DNA from: Escherichia phage vB_EcoM_ESCO25
Length of the DNA: 64,000 bases
Sequence record: OM386656.1
Strand: one strand, 5' to 3'
The position numbers and the translations under genes were made by a program. Below, piece by piece: positions 48,422 to 57,140 of this stretch. The notes below the pieces were generated by a model, which saw nothing but the letters and a program-made list of their open reading frames with translations, made no database searches and had not been told where the DNA came from. Every line of letters begins with the position of its first letter. The stretch's first letter is position 1.

Positions 48422-48780
48422 TTTTCCTCCTTCTTGTATTCTAAGAACATGTCAACTTCATAAGCTGCCCGTTCATTAAATTTACTAGGATCTACTAAAA
48501 TAAAAAGTTGTTTATTTATATCTTGAAACTCTTTTACTACAATGTAAAGGTGTTTCTTACAAGAGAAGCCTGTTGCTTGATAAGCATCGCCCCAATCATC
48601 CACACCTTTTAATGTTTCTACATACTTACATTTTATTTTATCTTTACCGTCTTGGTAAAGTGCTTCACCTCCGAACCATGTGAAGAATTTAGTGCGATCT
48701 GCCCCAACCTTAAAGCCGTCACGAGCAAAAACACCAGTAGAGGCTAATAACAGCAAGGCAAACAGCACTTTTCTCATCAC
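48418..48780 (-). CDS. secreted hypothetical protein (signal peptide)
   Basis: 120-aa ORF; N-terminal MMRKVLFALLLLASTGVFA. Confidence 0.5.
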   Translation of the reverse strand: MMRKVLFALLLLASTGVFARDGFKVGADRTKFFTWFGGEALYQDGKDKIKCKYVETLKGVDDWGDAYQATGFSCKKHLYIVVKEFQDINKQLFILVDPSKFNERAAYEVDMFLEYKKEEK

Positions 48781-49088
48781 ATCTCCTCGTCGGACTTCAA
48801 GGCTTTAGAGAATACTACATTAAACATTTCACCGCAACCATTATTAACATAATACATGATGTAATTATCATCTTCGTCTACAGGCGCACGATACTCCAAT
48901 TCATAACTATACAGATTAGAATTACTTGTGCAACCTTGTGGATACCAAAAGTAAAGTTCACCACAAGATTCTACCCATTTAAGACCAGTCCGATCTTCAA
49001 ACACCAATGTAGAAGGGTTTTCTGAATCTTTCACAGCTTCTTCATACTGTTGATGTACCATAACTGCTAATGATAATGTACTCATCAC
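48777..49088 (-). CDS. hypothetical protein
   Basis: 103-aa ORF; GTG 49088 or ATG 49085 start. Confidence 0.5.
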   Translation of the reverse strand: MMSTLSLAVMVHQQYEEAVKDSENPSTLVFEDRTGLKWVESCGELYFWYPQGCTSNSNLYSYELEYRAPVDEDDNYIMYYVNNGCGEMFNVVFSKALKSDEEM

Positions 49089-49258
49089 GCCTCCAAATAG
49101 TGTTTACAAATGACAAAACGCCATGTTTGTTTATAATAGTCTCTTTTTTCAAGAGCCTCTTTGTAAGAGGGTATACGTTGCGACAGAAGCATCCATTCAC
49201 AATCTGCACCCATTCTTCCATAAAGCGCGTAACGGATGTTACTTTGTTTATCTCCCAT
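49085..49258 (-). CDS. small hypothetical protein (57 aa)
   Basis: ORF below track cutoff with strong SD AAGGAGG 5 nt before ATG; the track's + strand ORF 49070..49297 is antisense to it. Confidence 0.4.
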   Translation of the reverse strand: MGDKQSNIRYALYGRMGADCEWMLLSQRIPSYKEALEKRDYYKQTWRFVICKHYLEA

Positions 49259-49301
49259 AAATGCCTCCTTAATCTTGTTTACAAGTATACCCTCTAATTA
49301 G

Positions 49302-49499
49302 TTACACTTTTTCCCAAGTACCAAAAGCACAGGAAGGGTAGATTCCAACTTGAGGGTTTCCGTTATCATCTTTGAAAGTAAAACTGTTGTTGTCTTTATC
49401 AAGAACTGTAGAATAAATCTTACCAACAGTAACGCAGTTGGAAGCTTGACCCAGTTCAGTAAGAGTAAGACATTTCATTTTCTGTTTCTTTGTAGCCAT
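49302..49499 (-). CDS. hypothetical small protein
   Basis: 65-aa ORF, SD TAAGGAGAC; own palindrome-flanked promoter upstream. Confidence 0.5.
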   Translation of the reverse strand: MATKKQKMKCLTLTELGQASNCVTVGKIYSTVLDKDNNSFTFKDDNGNPQVGIYPSCAFGTWEKV

Positions 49500-49529
49500 T
49501 TATAAAGTCTCCTTAGTAAGTGAATCTTT

Positions 49530-49572
49530 ATTCTACACAAAGAGCTTTGCACATGTCAAGTAACTCTTTGTG
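49530..49572 (-). promoter_or_regulatory. sigma70-type promoter bracketed by a perfect 9-bp inverted repeat (candidate operator)
   Basis: On - strand TTGACA (49554-49559), 18-nt spacer, TAGAAT; arms CACAAAGAG / CTCTTTGTG (49536-49544, 49564-49572) flank the -35. Confidence 0.45.
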
Positions 49573-49581
49573 AGATTAATC

Positions 49582-49848
49582 TTAATGATTGATGTTGATG
49601 ACGATCTTAGTTTCAACCTTAGCCCAACAGGAATCTGCTTCATTAAAACGACTATTTGCAATGTATTCTCCTGCACGAGAACCTGTTAAGCAAACTGCAC
49701 CTGTATCTGTAGCTAAGTAGTAGTCCCGTTCTTGTTCATTTACTTCTGAGTTGTAGTAATAGAAAACAGACATAGGTTCAATTTCAGATAAACGGTATAA
49801 CTTTGGAACAGGGGATTTCTCGATAAACTCAACAGAAGTTTTACTCAT
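49582..49848 (-). CDS. hypothetical protein
   Basis: 88-aa ORF. Confidence 0.5.
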   Translation of the reverse strand: MSKTSVEFIEKSPVPKLYRLSEIEPMSVFYYYNSEVNEQERDYYLATDTGAVCLTGSRAGEYIANSRFNEADSCWAKVETKIVININH

Positions 49849-50081
49849 TTGTTTTCTCCTAGATCTAAACTAATTAAGAAGTCACGAAGGATGATCATTT
49901 GTTCTGTAGACAATGATAATACACCTTCTCCATAAATATCACCAGACCATTCAGCAGTTAGATCTAGTGTACCAGTACCAGGAAACCAATCAATAGTGAT
50001 CTGATTACCATTAGAGTCAGGTAGTATTTCACTGACTAACATAACACACTCTCCTATTATTGTTCTTGATCTTACGATCAT
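49845..50081 (-). CDS. hypothetical protein
   Basis: 78-aa ORF, SD TAGGAGAG. Confidence 0.5.
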   Translation of the reverse strand: MIVRSRTIIGECVMLVSEILPDSNGNQITIDWFPGTGTLDLTAEWSGDIYGEGVLSLSTEQMIILRDFLISLDLGENK

Positions 50082-50211
50082 CTACCGATAAGAACAAGTA
50101 CTTAAATCTCTGTTCTTCGAACATCTAACGATAGAGATTAATCTATTACATAATCTATACTCGCTATCGCTCGACCCTTCGGGGTTAGGGTAGCATATTT
50201 TTTGAAAAAAG
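50082..50211. promoter_or_regulatory. 130-bp intergenic region with nested dyad symmetries and a tetraloop hairpin
   Basis: Dyads CGATAG/CTATCG and GAAGAACA/TGTTCTT; hairpin ACCC-TTCG-GGGT; TTGACT overlapping upstream stop but no well-spaced -10. Confidence 0.4.
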
Positions 50212-50535
50212 TCAACACTTATTTTTGGTAAGTAGATAAATCAATTGTTCACCTGCTTCTGGTGCATATAGTGCTTTAGTATCGAAGTCAAAGAAGTGAG
50301 TGACTCCTGTTACTTTGGATGCCTGAATAGATAATCGTGCAAGCTTAAGCAGATTATCCATTTCTGCAATCTTTGCACGAAACACTGCACGTGTAGCGTC
50401 AAAAGCTGCATGTGGCATGTATTTACGATTTAGACTACTACGTTTAAATTTACGATAATCTGCAATGATCTTGTTACGTTCTTTGTTCAAGTGCTTTACC
50501 AGTGCAGTGTATACATGTGGTTCTTTGTTAGCCAT
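50212..50535 (-). CDS. hypothetical basic protein
   Basis: Start moved to ATG 50535 (SD GAGGAG); 107 aa. Confidence 0.5.
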   Translation of the reverse strand: MANKEPHVYTALVKHLNKERNKIIADYRKFKRSSLNRKYMPHAAFDATRAVFRAKIAEMDNLLKLARLSIQASKVTGVTHFFDFDTKALYAPEAGEQLIYLLTKNKC

Positions 50536-50740
50536 TGTTAATCTCCTCTTCATATGTTGGTAGTGCATGGTATGCGATCACAGGTGCCAAGTCAAAATAA
50601 AAATGACCATTGATAACAGCTATCGTGCCATTGCGTGTTTTGTTAACTTCACAGAATCCCTTCTTGCCGTTTGCCATGATTACAAGCCACTCTCCGATAG
50701 GAACATCCTCGGTACCAGATACTTTAATCCATCCACTCAC
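50528..50740 (-). CDS. hypothetical protein
   Basis: 70-aa ORF. Confidence 0.45.
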   Translation of the reverse strand: MSGWIKVSGTEDVPIGEWLVIMANGKKGFCEVNKTRNGTIAVINGHFYFDLAPVIAYHALPTYEEEINNG

Positions 50741-50994
50741 TTTACTTCCCCTTTGTAATCGGACACTATACCAGGTCTTACTTTTGCCTTAAGATGTTTC
50801 AACTCTACCATAGGAGTTGCCACTTGTATAGGGCTAACTTCAACCTTGTAGATAGTATATTCATAAGTCGCATATTTACCGATGGAATGCAAATACTTAA
50901 TTGCGTGTTCAGGGGAATCTGCTTCAACATACCCTAAATCTTTCGTAGTACGACCTTCGGTATCGCCTTCAGTGGTTACGTGATAAAGTGTCAT
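50737..50994 (-). CDS. hypothetical protein
   Basis: 85-aa ORF. Confidence 0.45.
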   Translation of the reverse strand: MTLYHVTTEGDTEGRTTKDLGYVEADSPEHAIKYLHSIGKYATYEYTIYKVEVSPIQVATPMVELKHLKAKVRPGIVSDYKGEVK

Positions 50995-51314
50995 AAAACC
51001 TCCTTCTGGTTGGCTGCTTCAATCATAACGTTAAGAGTCTCCATACCGCTTTCAACTGCTTGAGCAATCTCTTGGAACACTGTTTTCTTAAAGATGTATA
51101 AAGATCCTGCCTGTAAGCGTTGCACACAGCATAAGAGGGTTTGGTGATCCATAACAAAGTCTCCATAAGCACAATCAATTTTCCCTGTGATTGGGTTGTC
51201 TCGTGAGCGAGGATCGTATTCTAATGTGATATGCGTTACACCAGGTAAAGTAACAAACTGACAACGGATGTTGACACGTGGTGCAATTGACACGCTAAAC
51301 AAACTGTTTGACAT
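50991..51314 (-). CDS. hypothetical protein
   Basis: 107-aa ORF. Confidence 0.45.
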   Translation of the reverse strand: MSNSLFSVSIAPRVNIRCQFVTLPGVTHITLEYDPRSRDNPITGKIDCAYGDFVMDHQTLLCCVQRLQAGSLYIFKKTVFQEIAQAVESGMETLNVMIEAANQKEVL

Positions 51315-51461
51315 TTAAACCTCCTCGTAGTAAGGCAAAGCTTTGATCAGCTGTTCTGAAGTGCCATTCTCTGTCCATGTAACCCCGTTGTCAAGAGAAA
51401 CATACCCTTTCTTATCGATAAATTTACGGAGACAACCAGTGAACTTGTTTTTGTAGATCAT
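51315..51461 (-). CDS. small hypothetical protein (48 aa)
   Basis: ORF below track cutoff exactly filling the gap; ATGA overlap upstream, TAAATG junction downstream. Confidence 0.4.
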   Translation of the reverse strand: MIYKNKFTGCLRKFIDKKGYVSLDNGVTWTENGTSEQLIKALPYYEEV

Positions 51462-51892
51462 TTCTTCTTTCCTTTCTTTAATTTGTTGTGACCTTTACCC
51501 TTATAAAGCTTGTGATTACGAGCAGATGGGTTATTTTGGTTCTCCAGTCGGCTAACAGGTGTATTCCAAAGATTTCCTGCTACAAAAGATGCTGCCACAA
51601 GTTCTTCCAGGTATACAAAATCCAAAGCAGGTATCTTTGTTTCCCTCATCTTGCGTTCTACATTAGACAACACGCCTTCTTCCTTACTGTCTTCTTTTTC
51701 AATTACAGACCAACCCTCTTCCTGCCAAGCTTCCCCTCTGAACCAAGTTTCCATGTTATAACCTTGTTCGTCGAGAATAACACCATCTCGCATCTCAAAC
51801 CATTCACCACCGCAAAAATAACTGTGCTCAACACGTCTACCTTCCTTCATTGCTTCTTTAGCTTCGGTCCAAGTCAGTTTGATGTTTTGCAT
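51458..51892 (-). CDS. hypothetical protein with Lys-rich C-terminus
   Basis: 144-aa ORF, first gene after divergent promoter region (TTGACA-16-TAAGAT). Confidence 0.5.
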   Translation of the reverse strand: MQNIKLTWTEAKEAMKEGRRVEHSYFCGGEWFEMRDGVILDEQGYNMETWFRGEAWQEEGWSVIEKEDSKEEGVLSNVERKMRETKIPALDFVYLEELVAASFVAGNLWNTPVSRLENQNNPSARNHKLYKGKGHNKLKKGKKK

Positions 51893-51922
51893 TTGTTTTC
51901 TCCTCTTGTTTTGTATGAGTTG

Positions 51923-51981
51923 ATCTTAACAGGACTAAAAAGCATGTCAATACTTGATCTGAAATTATTTTCAGGTATCAT
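51923..51981. promoter_or_regulatory. divergent promoter region between - and + strand gene blocks
   Basis: - strand TTGACA (51945-51950) 16 nt TAAGAT (51923-51928); + strand TTGATC (51954-51959) 16 nt TATCAT (51976-51981). Confidence 0.45.
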
Positions 51982-52006
51982 ATATGAACATTAACAAGAG
52001 AGGTAG

Positions 52007-52300
52007 ATGATGAACATTACTTTAGCAACTAAGAATATTTCTGAGACAATTAACGGTTTTGGTGTCATTGTAGCCTTACACGGTAACAACGAGAAATGGT
52101 TGGCTTCTTTTGAAGAGGATCGTCAGCACAACATTATTTTAGATGCTCCTATAAAAGTTATGCATATCGTTGGTGAAAGCAAAGTGCTCACTTCCTCCCG
52201 TTCAAAAGAACAAATTACAAATGAATTAGTAAAACTGCTTGACAATGTTCTTAACATGTTTGATAATGCACCCATCGATACAAAACGTGTCTTAATGTGA
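52007..52300 (+). CDS. hypothetical protein
   Basis: 97-aa ORF, first gene of + strand island, SD AGAGAGG. Confidence 0.5.
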   Translation: MMNITLATKNISETINGFGVIVALHGNNEKWLASFEEDRQHNIILDAPIKVMHIVGESKVLTSSRSKEQITNELVKLLDNVLNMFDNAPIDTKRVLM

Positions 52301-52312
52301 GAGGAGAACCAA

Positions 52313-52600
52313 ATGTATTATTCACAAAATGAAGTAGCAAACATTAAACTGGCAGTTGGCGATCTTATTGTGTCACCTAACTACCATTGGGATAACACAG
52401 ACTTGGTTGAAGTAGTAACTCATGTTGGGTTTGAGGGTGTTGTGCTCTACACCCTGGGTGGAGGTGTTGTTGGGGAAATGGAACGTTATACAACGACCAA
52501 GAAACTGGTAAGTTCTTATCGTATGTTCTTGCATCAAGGCTCAGAAGAGTATGCAACCTTCTTGTTGAAATTGGACGCAGATCGGGAGAAGGCACGATGA
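52313..52600 (+). CDS. hypothetical protein
   Basis: 95-aa ORF, SD GAGGAGAA. Confidence 0.5.
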   Translation: MYYSQNEVANIKLAVGDLIVSPNYHWDNTDLVEVVTHVGFEGVVLYTLGGGVVGEMERYTTTKKLVSSYRMFLHQGSEEYATFLLKLDADREKAR

Positions 52601-52953
52601 AAATTGTACACGATGAAATTCAAATAGAAGAAAGTGACCTGATGGATTTGGATGCAGCTTTGGGGAAGGTAATCTATGCAGGAATTAAAGCCTTCCGTGA
52701 GAAGGCAAACAATAGCACGTTTGTCATGATCCCCACTAAACTGATGCGTGTTTTGTATCCAAATAGAAGTGCGCCGTATACAGATGAAGAAGAGGAGACA
52801 GGTAGAAGAGAGTGGTTAAATATTTTAGAAAAGATGGAGAATGCTTTTATTGATAGTGGTAATCCAGAAATCGTGTATGCTGAAGATCAAAGGAAGGCAC
52901 GGTTAGAGGGCCGTCTTTTATTCGCTAGTTATTTTGATAATCTTTGGAGCTAA
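52597..52953 (+). CDS. hypothetical protein
   Basis: 118-aa ORF with ATGA coupling. Confidence 0.5.
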   Translation: MKIVHDEIQIEESDLMDLDAALGKVIYAGIKAFREKANNSTFVMIPTKLMRVLYPNRSAPYTDEEEETGRREWLNILEKMENAFIDSGNPEIVYAEDQRKARLEGRLLFASYFDNLWS

Positions 52954-52955
52954 AT

Positions 52956-53132
52956 ATGTCTGAATTCTTCACAATGGCTTTCTTAGGGATCTATCTGATT
53001 ATTAGTGCTGTTGGCTTAATCATGTCTCTAATAGAGGAAATGGGAATTAAGTGGAATTGTGCATTCGGTATAGCTCTTATGCTCACTCCGGTTTGGATCT
53101 ACATCTGCAAAGCAGTTGAACTCATTGGTTAA
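52956..53132 (+). CDS. small membrane protein
   Basis: Start at ATG 52956 (SD GGAG); hydrophobic 58-aa product. Confidence 0.5.
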   Translation: MSEFFTMAFLGIYLIISAVGLIMSLIEEMGIKWNCAFGIALMLTPVWIYICKAVELIG

Positions 53133-53142
53133 TGGAGGTAAT

Positions 53143-53481
53143 ATGTTTAGTAAAGAAATGAGAGAGGTGATCGCTACTCTGGTAGTAGATCATGGTGTTG
53201 AAGTTGAGCGTCACGTTTGGAAAGATGAGCCTCCTTTCTTTGATTTGGCATCACGGGCTAAAAGTCACATGTATCTCCTTGAAGATGATAAGGATTTTAT
53301 TCTGCGTATGCGTTATGATCGAGAGTTTAGAATTCCTCTTGACACAGATCCTGGTGATGTAGTATTGTGGTTGGCAGAGCATTTCGCATTTAACGCTCTA
53401 CATGGAAGAAGTTTTGGTAATGAACGTTGGGATACCATTTGTCGTAAACATAATATTGAACCAGAATACGGGAGTATGTAA
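53143..53481 (+). CDS. hypothetical protein
   Basis: Start at ATG 53143 (SD GGAGG). Confidence 0.5.
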   Translation: MFSKEMREVIATLVVDHGVEVERHVWKDEPPFFDLASRAKSHMYLLEDDKDFILRMRYDREFRIPLDTDPGDVVLWLAEHFAFNALHGRSFGNERWDTICRKHNIEPEYGSM

Positions 53482-53732
53482 TGTTAAGTATCAAACCTAA
53501 AATGATTACTGAAGATCAAAAAGATTACATTTATAAATGTGGTCGGGTGTGGAAAGAATACACTAAAGGTAATGAAGTTATTGTAGTTACGGAACATGCT
53601 ATTTCTTTATCAGATCTTTTTGGTGATTATTTGCAAGTCATTAAAATTGGTATTGACAGAGGTTTGGTGCAGGTGTTAACATTATCCCAAGTTGAAGCAG
53701 AACACTTAGACAAAATCATTGTCGAGTTCTAA
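53481..53732 (+). CDS. hypothetical protein
   Basis: 83-aa ORF, overlapping-stop start. Confidence 0.5.
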   Translation: MLSIKPKMITEDQKDYIYKCGRVWKEYTKGNEVIVVTEHAISLSDLFGDYLQVIKIGIDRGLVQVLTLSQVEAEHLDKIIVEF

Positions 53733-53745
53733 GAGGAGAAAGAAT

Positions 53746-53910
53746 ATGATCTCTTTAGAATCAATAGCTTTTAAGAAGGGGTATACCGCAGGGTTCAAGT
53801 TTGGTATGTTTAATAAAGTAAATCCATATTGTCCAATGACACACAAAAAGGAATTCGAAGAATGGGAAGATGGATTTTCTAAAGGCTATCAGGCAAAAGG
53901 TTGGTTGTAA
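53746..53910 (+). CDS. small hypothetical protein
   Basis: Start at ATG 53746 (SD GAGGAG); 54 aa. Confidence 0.45.
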   Translation: MISLESIAFKKGYTAGFKFGMFNKVNPYCPMTHKKEFEEWEDGFSKGYQAKGWL

Positions 53911-53919
53911 GGAGAGAAT

Positions 53920-54084
53920 ATGATTTTAAACTTCATCATCAACTTGTGTTTGACATTGGGGTTACTCTGTGCAATAGTATCCCCTTTGGTTGGTGAATAT
54001 TGTTCTGAACTGGCGATGTTTATAGTTCTTGGTGCGGCTATTGCTAATATGTTTGTCGCTGCGATTTGTATGTTGTGGGAATAG
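53920..54084 (+). CDS. small membrane protein (54 aa)
   Basis: ORF below track cutoff, SD AAGGAGAG; two hydrophobic segments. Confidence 0.4.
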   Translation: MILNFIINLCLTLGLLCAIVSPLVGEYCSELAMFIVLGAAIANMFVAAICMLWE

Positions 54085-54095
54085 GAGGGAAGTTT

Positions 54096-54452
54096 ATGAA
54101 AAAACTAATCTTAGCCACATTGCTGGCTACCGTAAGCTTCACCACTTACGCTCAAAAATTTGTAGCAGTTAAAACAGATATTGGTAAAGATGTTGTGATC
54201 ACAGGCAACAAGTTTTACTATACACCTGGGAATGGTGTTCTAGAAGAGTGTAAAGATGTTGAGGCATATACGGGAAAAGAAGATAACACGGAACGTCCTT
54301 TTTATTCGATTATAGCTACTTGCAAAAATGAAATAGTAGCTATTAAACAATACAAAGATGCCCCTGGAGGAGAATACTTATTAGTCAAGAATATTAAGAG
54401 TGAAAAAACTGCAAAGTTTACAGTAATTATTTTAAAAGGAGAAACGTTCTAA
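54096..54452 (+). CDS. secreted protein (signal peptide)
   Basis: Start at ATG 54096 (SD GGAGGG); MKKLILATLLATVSFTTYAQ signal peptide. Confidence 0.55.
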   Translation: MKKLILATLLATVSFTTYAQKFVAVKTDIGKDVVITGNKFYYTPGNGVLEECKDVEAYTGKEDNTERPFYSIIATCKNEIVAIKQYKDAPGGEYLLVKNIKSEKTAKFTVIILKGETF

Positions 54453-55591
54453 TGAAATACACTATTTTTGGAGATGTAGCTGTTGTAAATAAGGAATATG
54501 GCGTTGAAGCTAATAAACTTCCTGCTGGAGTTTGGGTTGTCAACTGCGATCCGCACGGTAACTACTCTTTAGTGCGTGGTGAAAGTTTCTCTCTTCCGAA
54601 CACTCTTTATGGGGAAACTAAAGATCGCGCCGCACATGTTATTAAAACATTTGCTCGTCGTAGTAAAGAAGGTAAAAATACTGGGGTGTTACTGACAGGG
54701 ACAAAAGGCAGTGGTAAGACGATGTTAGCTAAACTAATTAGCATGTCTCTAATGTCCACAGAAGGTTTAGGTATTCCAACCATTTTGGTTACACAGCCTT
54801 ACACAGATGCTGGCTTCTTAGAATTTATGAGTAAAATTACAGATCGGGCTGTTGTTTTATTTGACGAATTTGATAAAGTGTACGCTAAGAAAGAAGATCA
54901 GGAAGCACTGTTGACCTTGTTGGATGGAACAGGAAGTGGGAATAAACTTTACATCCTCACTAAAAATAGTGGTTATATCTCGGAATATTTTGTAAACCGT
55001 CCTAGTCGTATCTACTACAGTTTCAATTACGATAAACTGTCTAGTGAAACTATGTTAGATTACTTGGATAAGAACTTGGTAAATAAAAAGCACGTAGATA
55101 ACTTCCAACGTTTATGGGATGTTAGCACAGAGTTGTCTTTCGATGTTATTCAAGGCATTGTAGAAGAATTGAATTTCTATCCAAAAATGACTTTTAAAGA
55201 ATGTCTTGAAATGATGGGTATTTCTTTAGGGAACGATGCTAAATGGAATGTGGCTTCTATCGTAGCTAATGGCAAAACCTTGAAGGTGAATTGGATCAAT
55301 AACTGGCACGACTTCACCCCTACTAAGTTTTTGTCGGGTGCTTGTTCCCTGAACATCTATCTACAAAGTTTGAAAGATGATGAAGTGGAAGCAATGGAAA
55401 CCAACAGTTATGTTATCCTGGATGAAGATGGTGATCCACATATTGATCTATGTGCAACGGCTGATGGTCTAACTTGTGATCTGATTGAAGGTGGTAAGAT
55501 TCTGGTTATGAGCACTACACCAGGAAACACTTTGCGAGTGGTGCTGGAGCCTGTAACACAACGTTCCACTACACTTGGTAGCGTGTTCTAA
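54452..55591 (+). CDS. AAA+ family ATPase
   Basis: 379-aa ORF; Walker A GTKGSGKT, Walker B VVLFDEFD; strong terminator downstream. Confidence 0.7.
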   Translation: MKYTIFGDVAVVNKEYGVEANKLPAGVWVVNCDPHGNYSLVRGESFSLPNTLYGETKDRAAHVIKTFARRSKEGKNTGVLLTGTKGSGKTMLAKLISMSLMSTEGLGIPTILVTQPYTDAGFLEFMSKITDRAVVLFDEFDKVYAKKEDQEALLTLLDGTGSGNKLYILTKNSGYISEYFVNRPSRIYYSFNYDKLSSETMLDYLDKNLVNKKHVDNFQRLWDVSTELSFDVIQGIVEELNFYPKMTFKECLEMMGISLGNDAKWNVASIVANGKTLKVNWINNWHDFTPTKFLSGACSLNIYLQSLKDDEVEAMETNSYVILDEDGDPHIDLCATADGLTCDLIEGGKILVMSTTPGNTLRVVLEPVTQRSTTLGSVF

Positions 55592-55596
55592 TAAAG

Positions 55597-55619
55597 ATGC
55601 CCCGCAAGGGGCATTTGTT
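55597..55619 (+). terminator. rho-independent terminator after AAA+ ATPase gene
   Basis: GATGCCCC-GCAA-GGGGCAT then TTGTT. Confidence 0.7.
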
Positions 55620-55679
55620 ATGGAGGGATTTTAGTTATTCTTTTGTTGTAGGCTCGCACTAATAGCTAAAGGGGGAGGT

Positions 55680-57140
55680 GTGCCAAAAATAGTCACTTGG
55701 GAACAATATAAAACAGATATAAAACAAGCTTATCAAGGTAAGTCTTGGACTGTTGTAGATTATATTGAGCCGTGGAACGGCAATAAAACTAAACTTAGAT
55801 GCATCTGTGCTCTGCATGGAGAATGGAAAACAACAAGCATAAATACCGCTAAACTAGGGAGGGGTTGTCCAGAATGCGGTAGGGAGATTATAAGTAAAGC
55901 AGTATCTATAAACAAATCAAAAACCTGGGAGCAATATAAAGAAGAAGTGCAAACCACTTACAATCAGGCAGGTAAGTTTTGGACTGTTACAGGATGGCAC
56001 GGAGAATGGAAAGGATGGAATACTAAACTGGTTTGTTGTTGTGCTTTACATGGGGAGTGGAGGTCTACTTCTATATCTTCTGCGAAAAACGGGAGTGGAT
56101 GCAGGAAGTGTATGGGAGAAGCAAACAGAGAAAGAACATCGATTGCATGGGAGAAACATAAAGAAGAAGTAGAAGAAGCTTATAAAGAAAAACCCTGGAT
56201 TGTTAGAGGCTATGTGGAACCGTGGAACGGTTCCCGCACTAAGTTGATTTGTGAGTGTAAGGTTCATGGTCAATGGTGCACTACCACTGTAAACAGTGCT
56301 AAACAAGGGACTGGATGCTACAGTTGTCAAAGAGAAATGACGAAACAAAGGAATACAATGGAGGATAAACAACATGTTGAAGATTTTATAAAAGCTTGTC
56401 CTGATAATGTAGAGCGTAAATATTATCGTAGCGATAGAGTAGATAGATTAGGTCGTCAGGTTTACTGGATTGTAGAATGTCCTATATGTGCAGAGGATGA
56501 TTATTGTAAAGAAGGCTTATGCGATAATAAATTTGAGATGAAGATGAGTCATTTGAAAAGGGGTGGCCTTCCTTGCCGTTGTTCTAAATATTATCATTAC
56601 ACTCCTGAACAATGGGCCTACCGTATGACCAAAGCTTGCCAGGAACGAGGGGATCAATTTATAGGATTCATTGATAAGGTAAGCAATAACAGCAAGTTTA
56701 AATATCTATGTAGGGAGCATGGAGAGCAAACGATCACACCTACCGATTATCTCAATGGGAAAGGTTGTCCAGGCTGTAAGAACAGAAATATGCAAGAATT
56801 TTACATCAATATTATTCTTGATGAGTACGGAGAAGACACGGGAGCTTACAAGTTGGGGATTGCAAAGGACAGTGATATCAGGATCAAAGGGCAGAATGCA
56901 AACAACAATTACTCTATGCGCCGTATAGCATTGTTCGATCTGCCGTCCTACCAAGCTTGCAGGGCGTTAGAGAGTAAGCTAAAGTCTAAGACTGATCAGA
57001 TTCTACCGTCTATTGGCTGTGTAGAACGCTTGCACATGAAAGATGGTCATAGTGAAACCTTCCTGCGCGAGGATTTGGCTATCGTCTTAAGTGCTATCAA
57101 CCAAGCAGGTGGAATAATGAGAGAGGAGGAAACATGTTAG
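55680..57140 (+). CDS. protein with three tandem Cys-rich zinc-ribbon-like repeats and a C-terminal T5orf172 (GIY-YIG-like) domain; putative nuclease/DNA-binding
   Basis: 486-aa ORF with GTG start; three copies of W..Y...W.V..Y.EPWNG..TKL.C.C..HGEW..TS...AK.G.GC..C; C-terminal GAYKLGIAKDSDIR...GHSETF. Confidence 0.45.
   Translation: MPKIVTWEQYKTDIKQAYQGKSWTVVDYIEPWNGNKTKLRCICALHGEWKTTSINTAKLGRGCPECGREIISKAVSINKSKTWEQYKEEVQTTYNQAGKFWTVTGWHGEWKGWNTKLVCCCALHGEWRSTSISSAKNGSGCRKCMGEANRERTSIAWEKHKEEVEEAYKEKPWIVRGYVEPWNGSRTKLICECKVHGQWCTTTVNSAKQGTGCYSCQREMTKQRNTMEDKQHVEDFIKACPDNVERKYYRSDRVDRLGRQVYWIVECPICAEDDYCKEGLCDNKFEMKMSHLKRGGLPCRCSKYYHYTPEQWAYRMTKACQERGDQFIGFIDKVSNNSKFKYLCREHGEQTITPTDYLNGKGCPGCKNRNMQEFYINIILDEYGEDTGAYKLGIAKDSDIRIKGQNANNNYSMRRIALFDLPSYQACRALESKLKSKTDQILPSIGCVERLHMKDGHSETFLREDLAIVLSAINQAGGIMREEETC

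Noticed and set aside
51488-51994. 168-aa + strand ORF
   Set aside because: Antisense to - strand ORF 51458..51892 and overlaps the divergent promoter region
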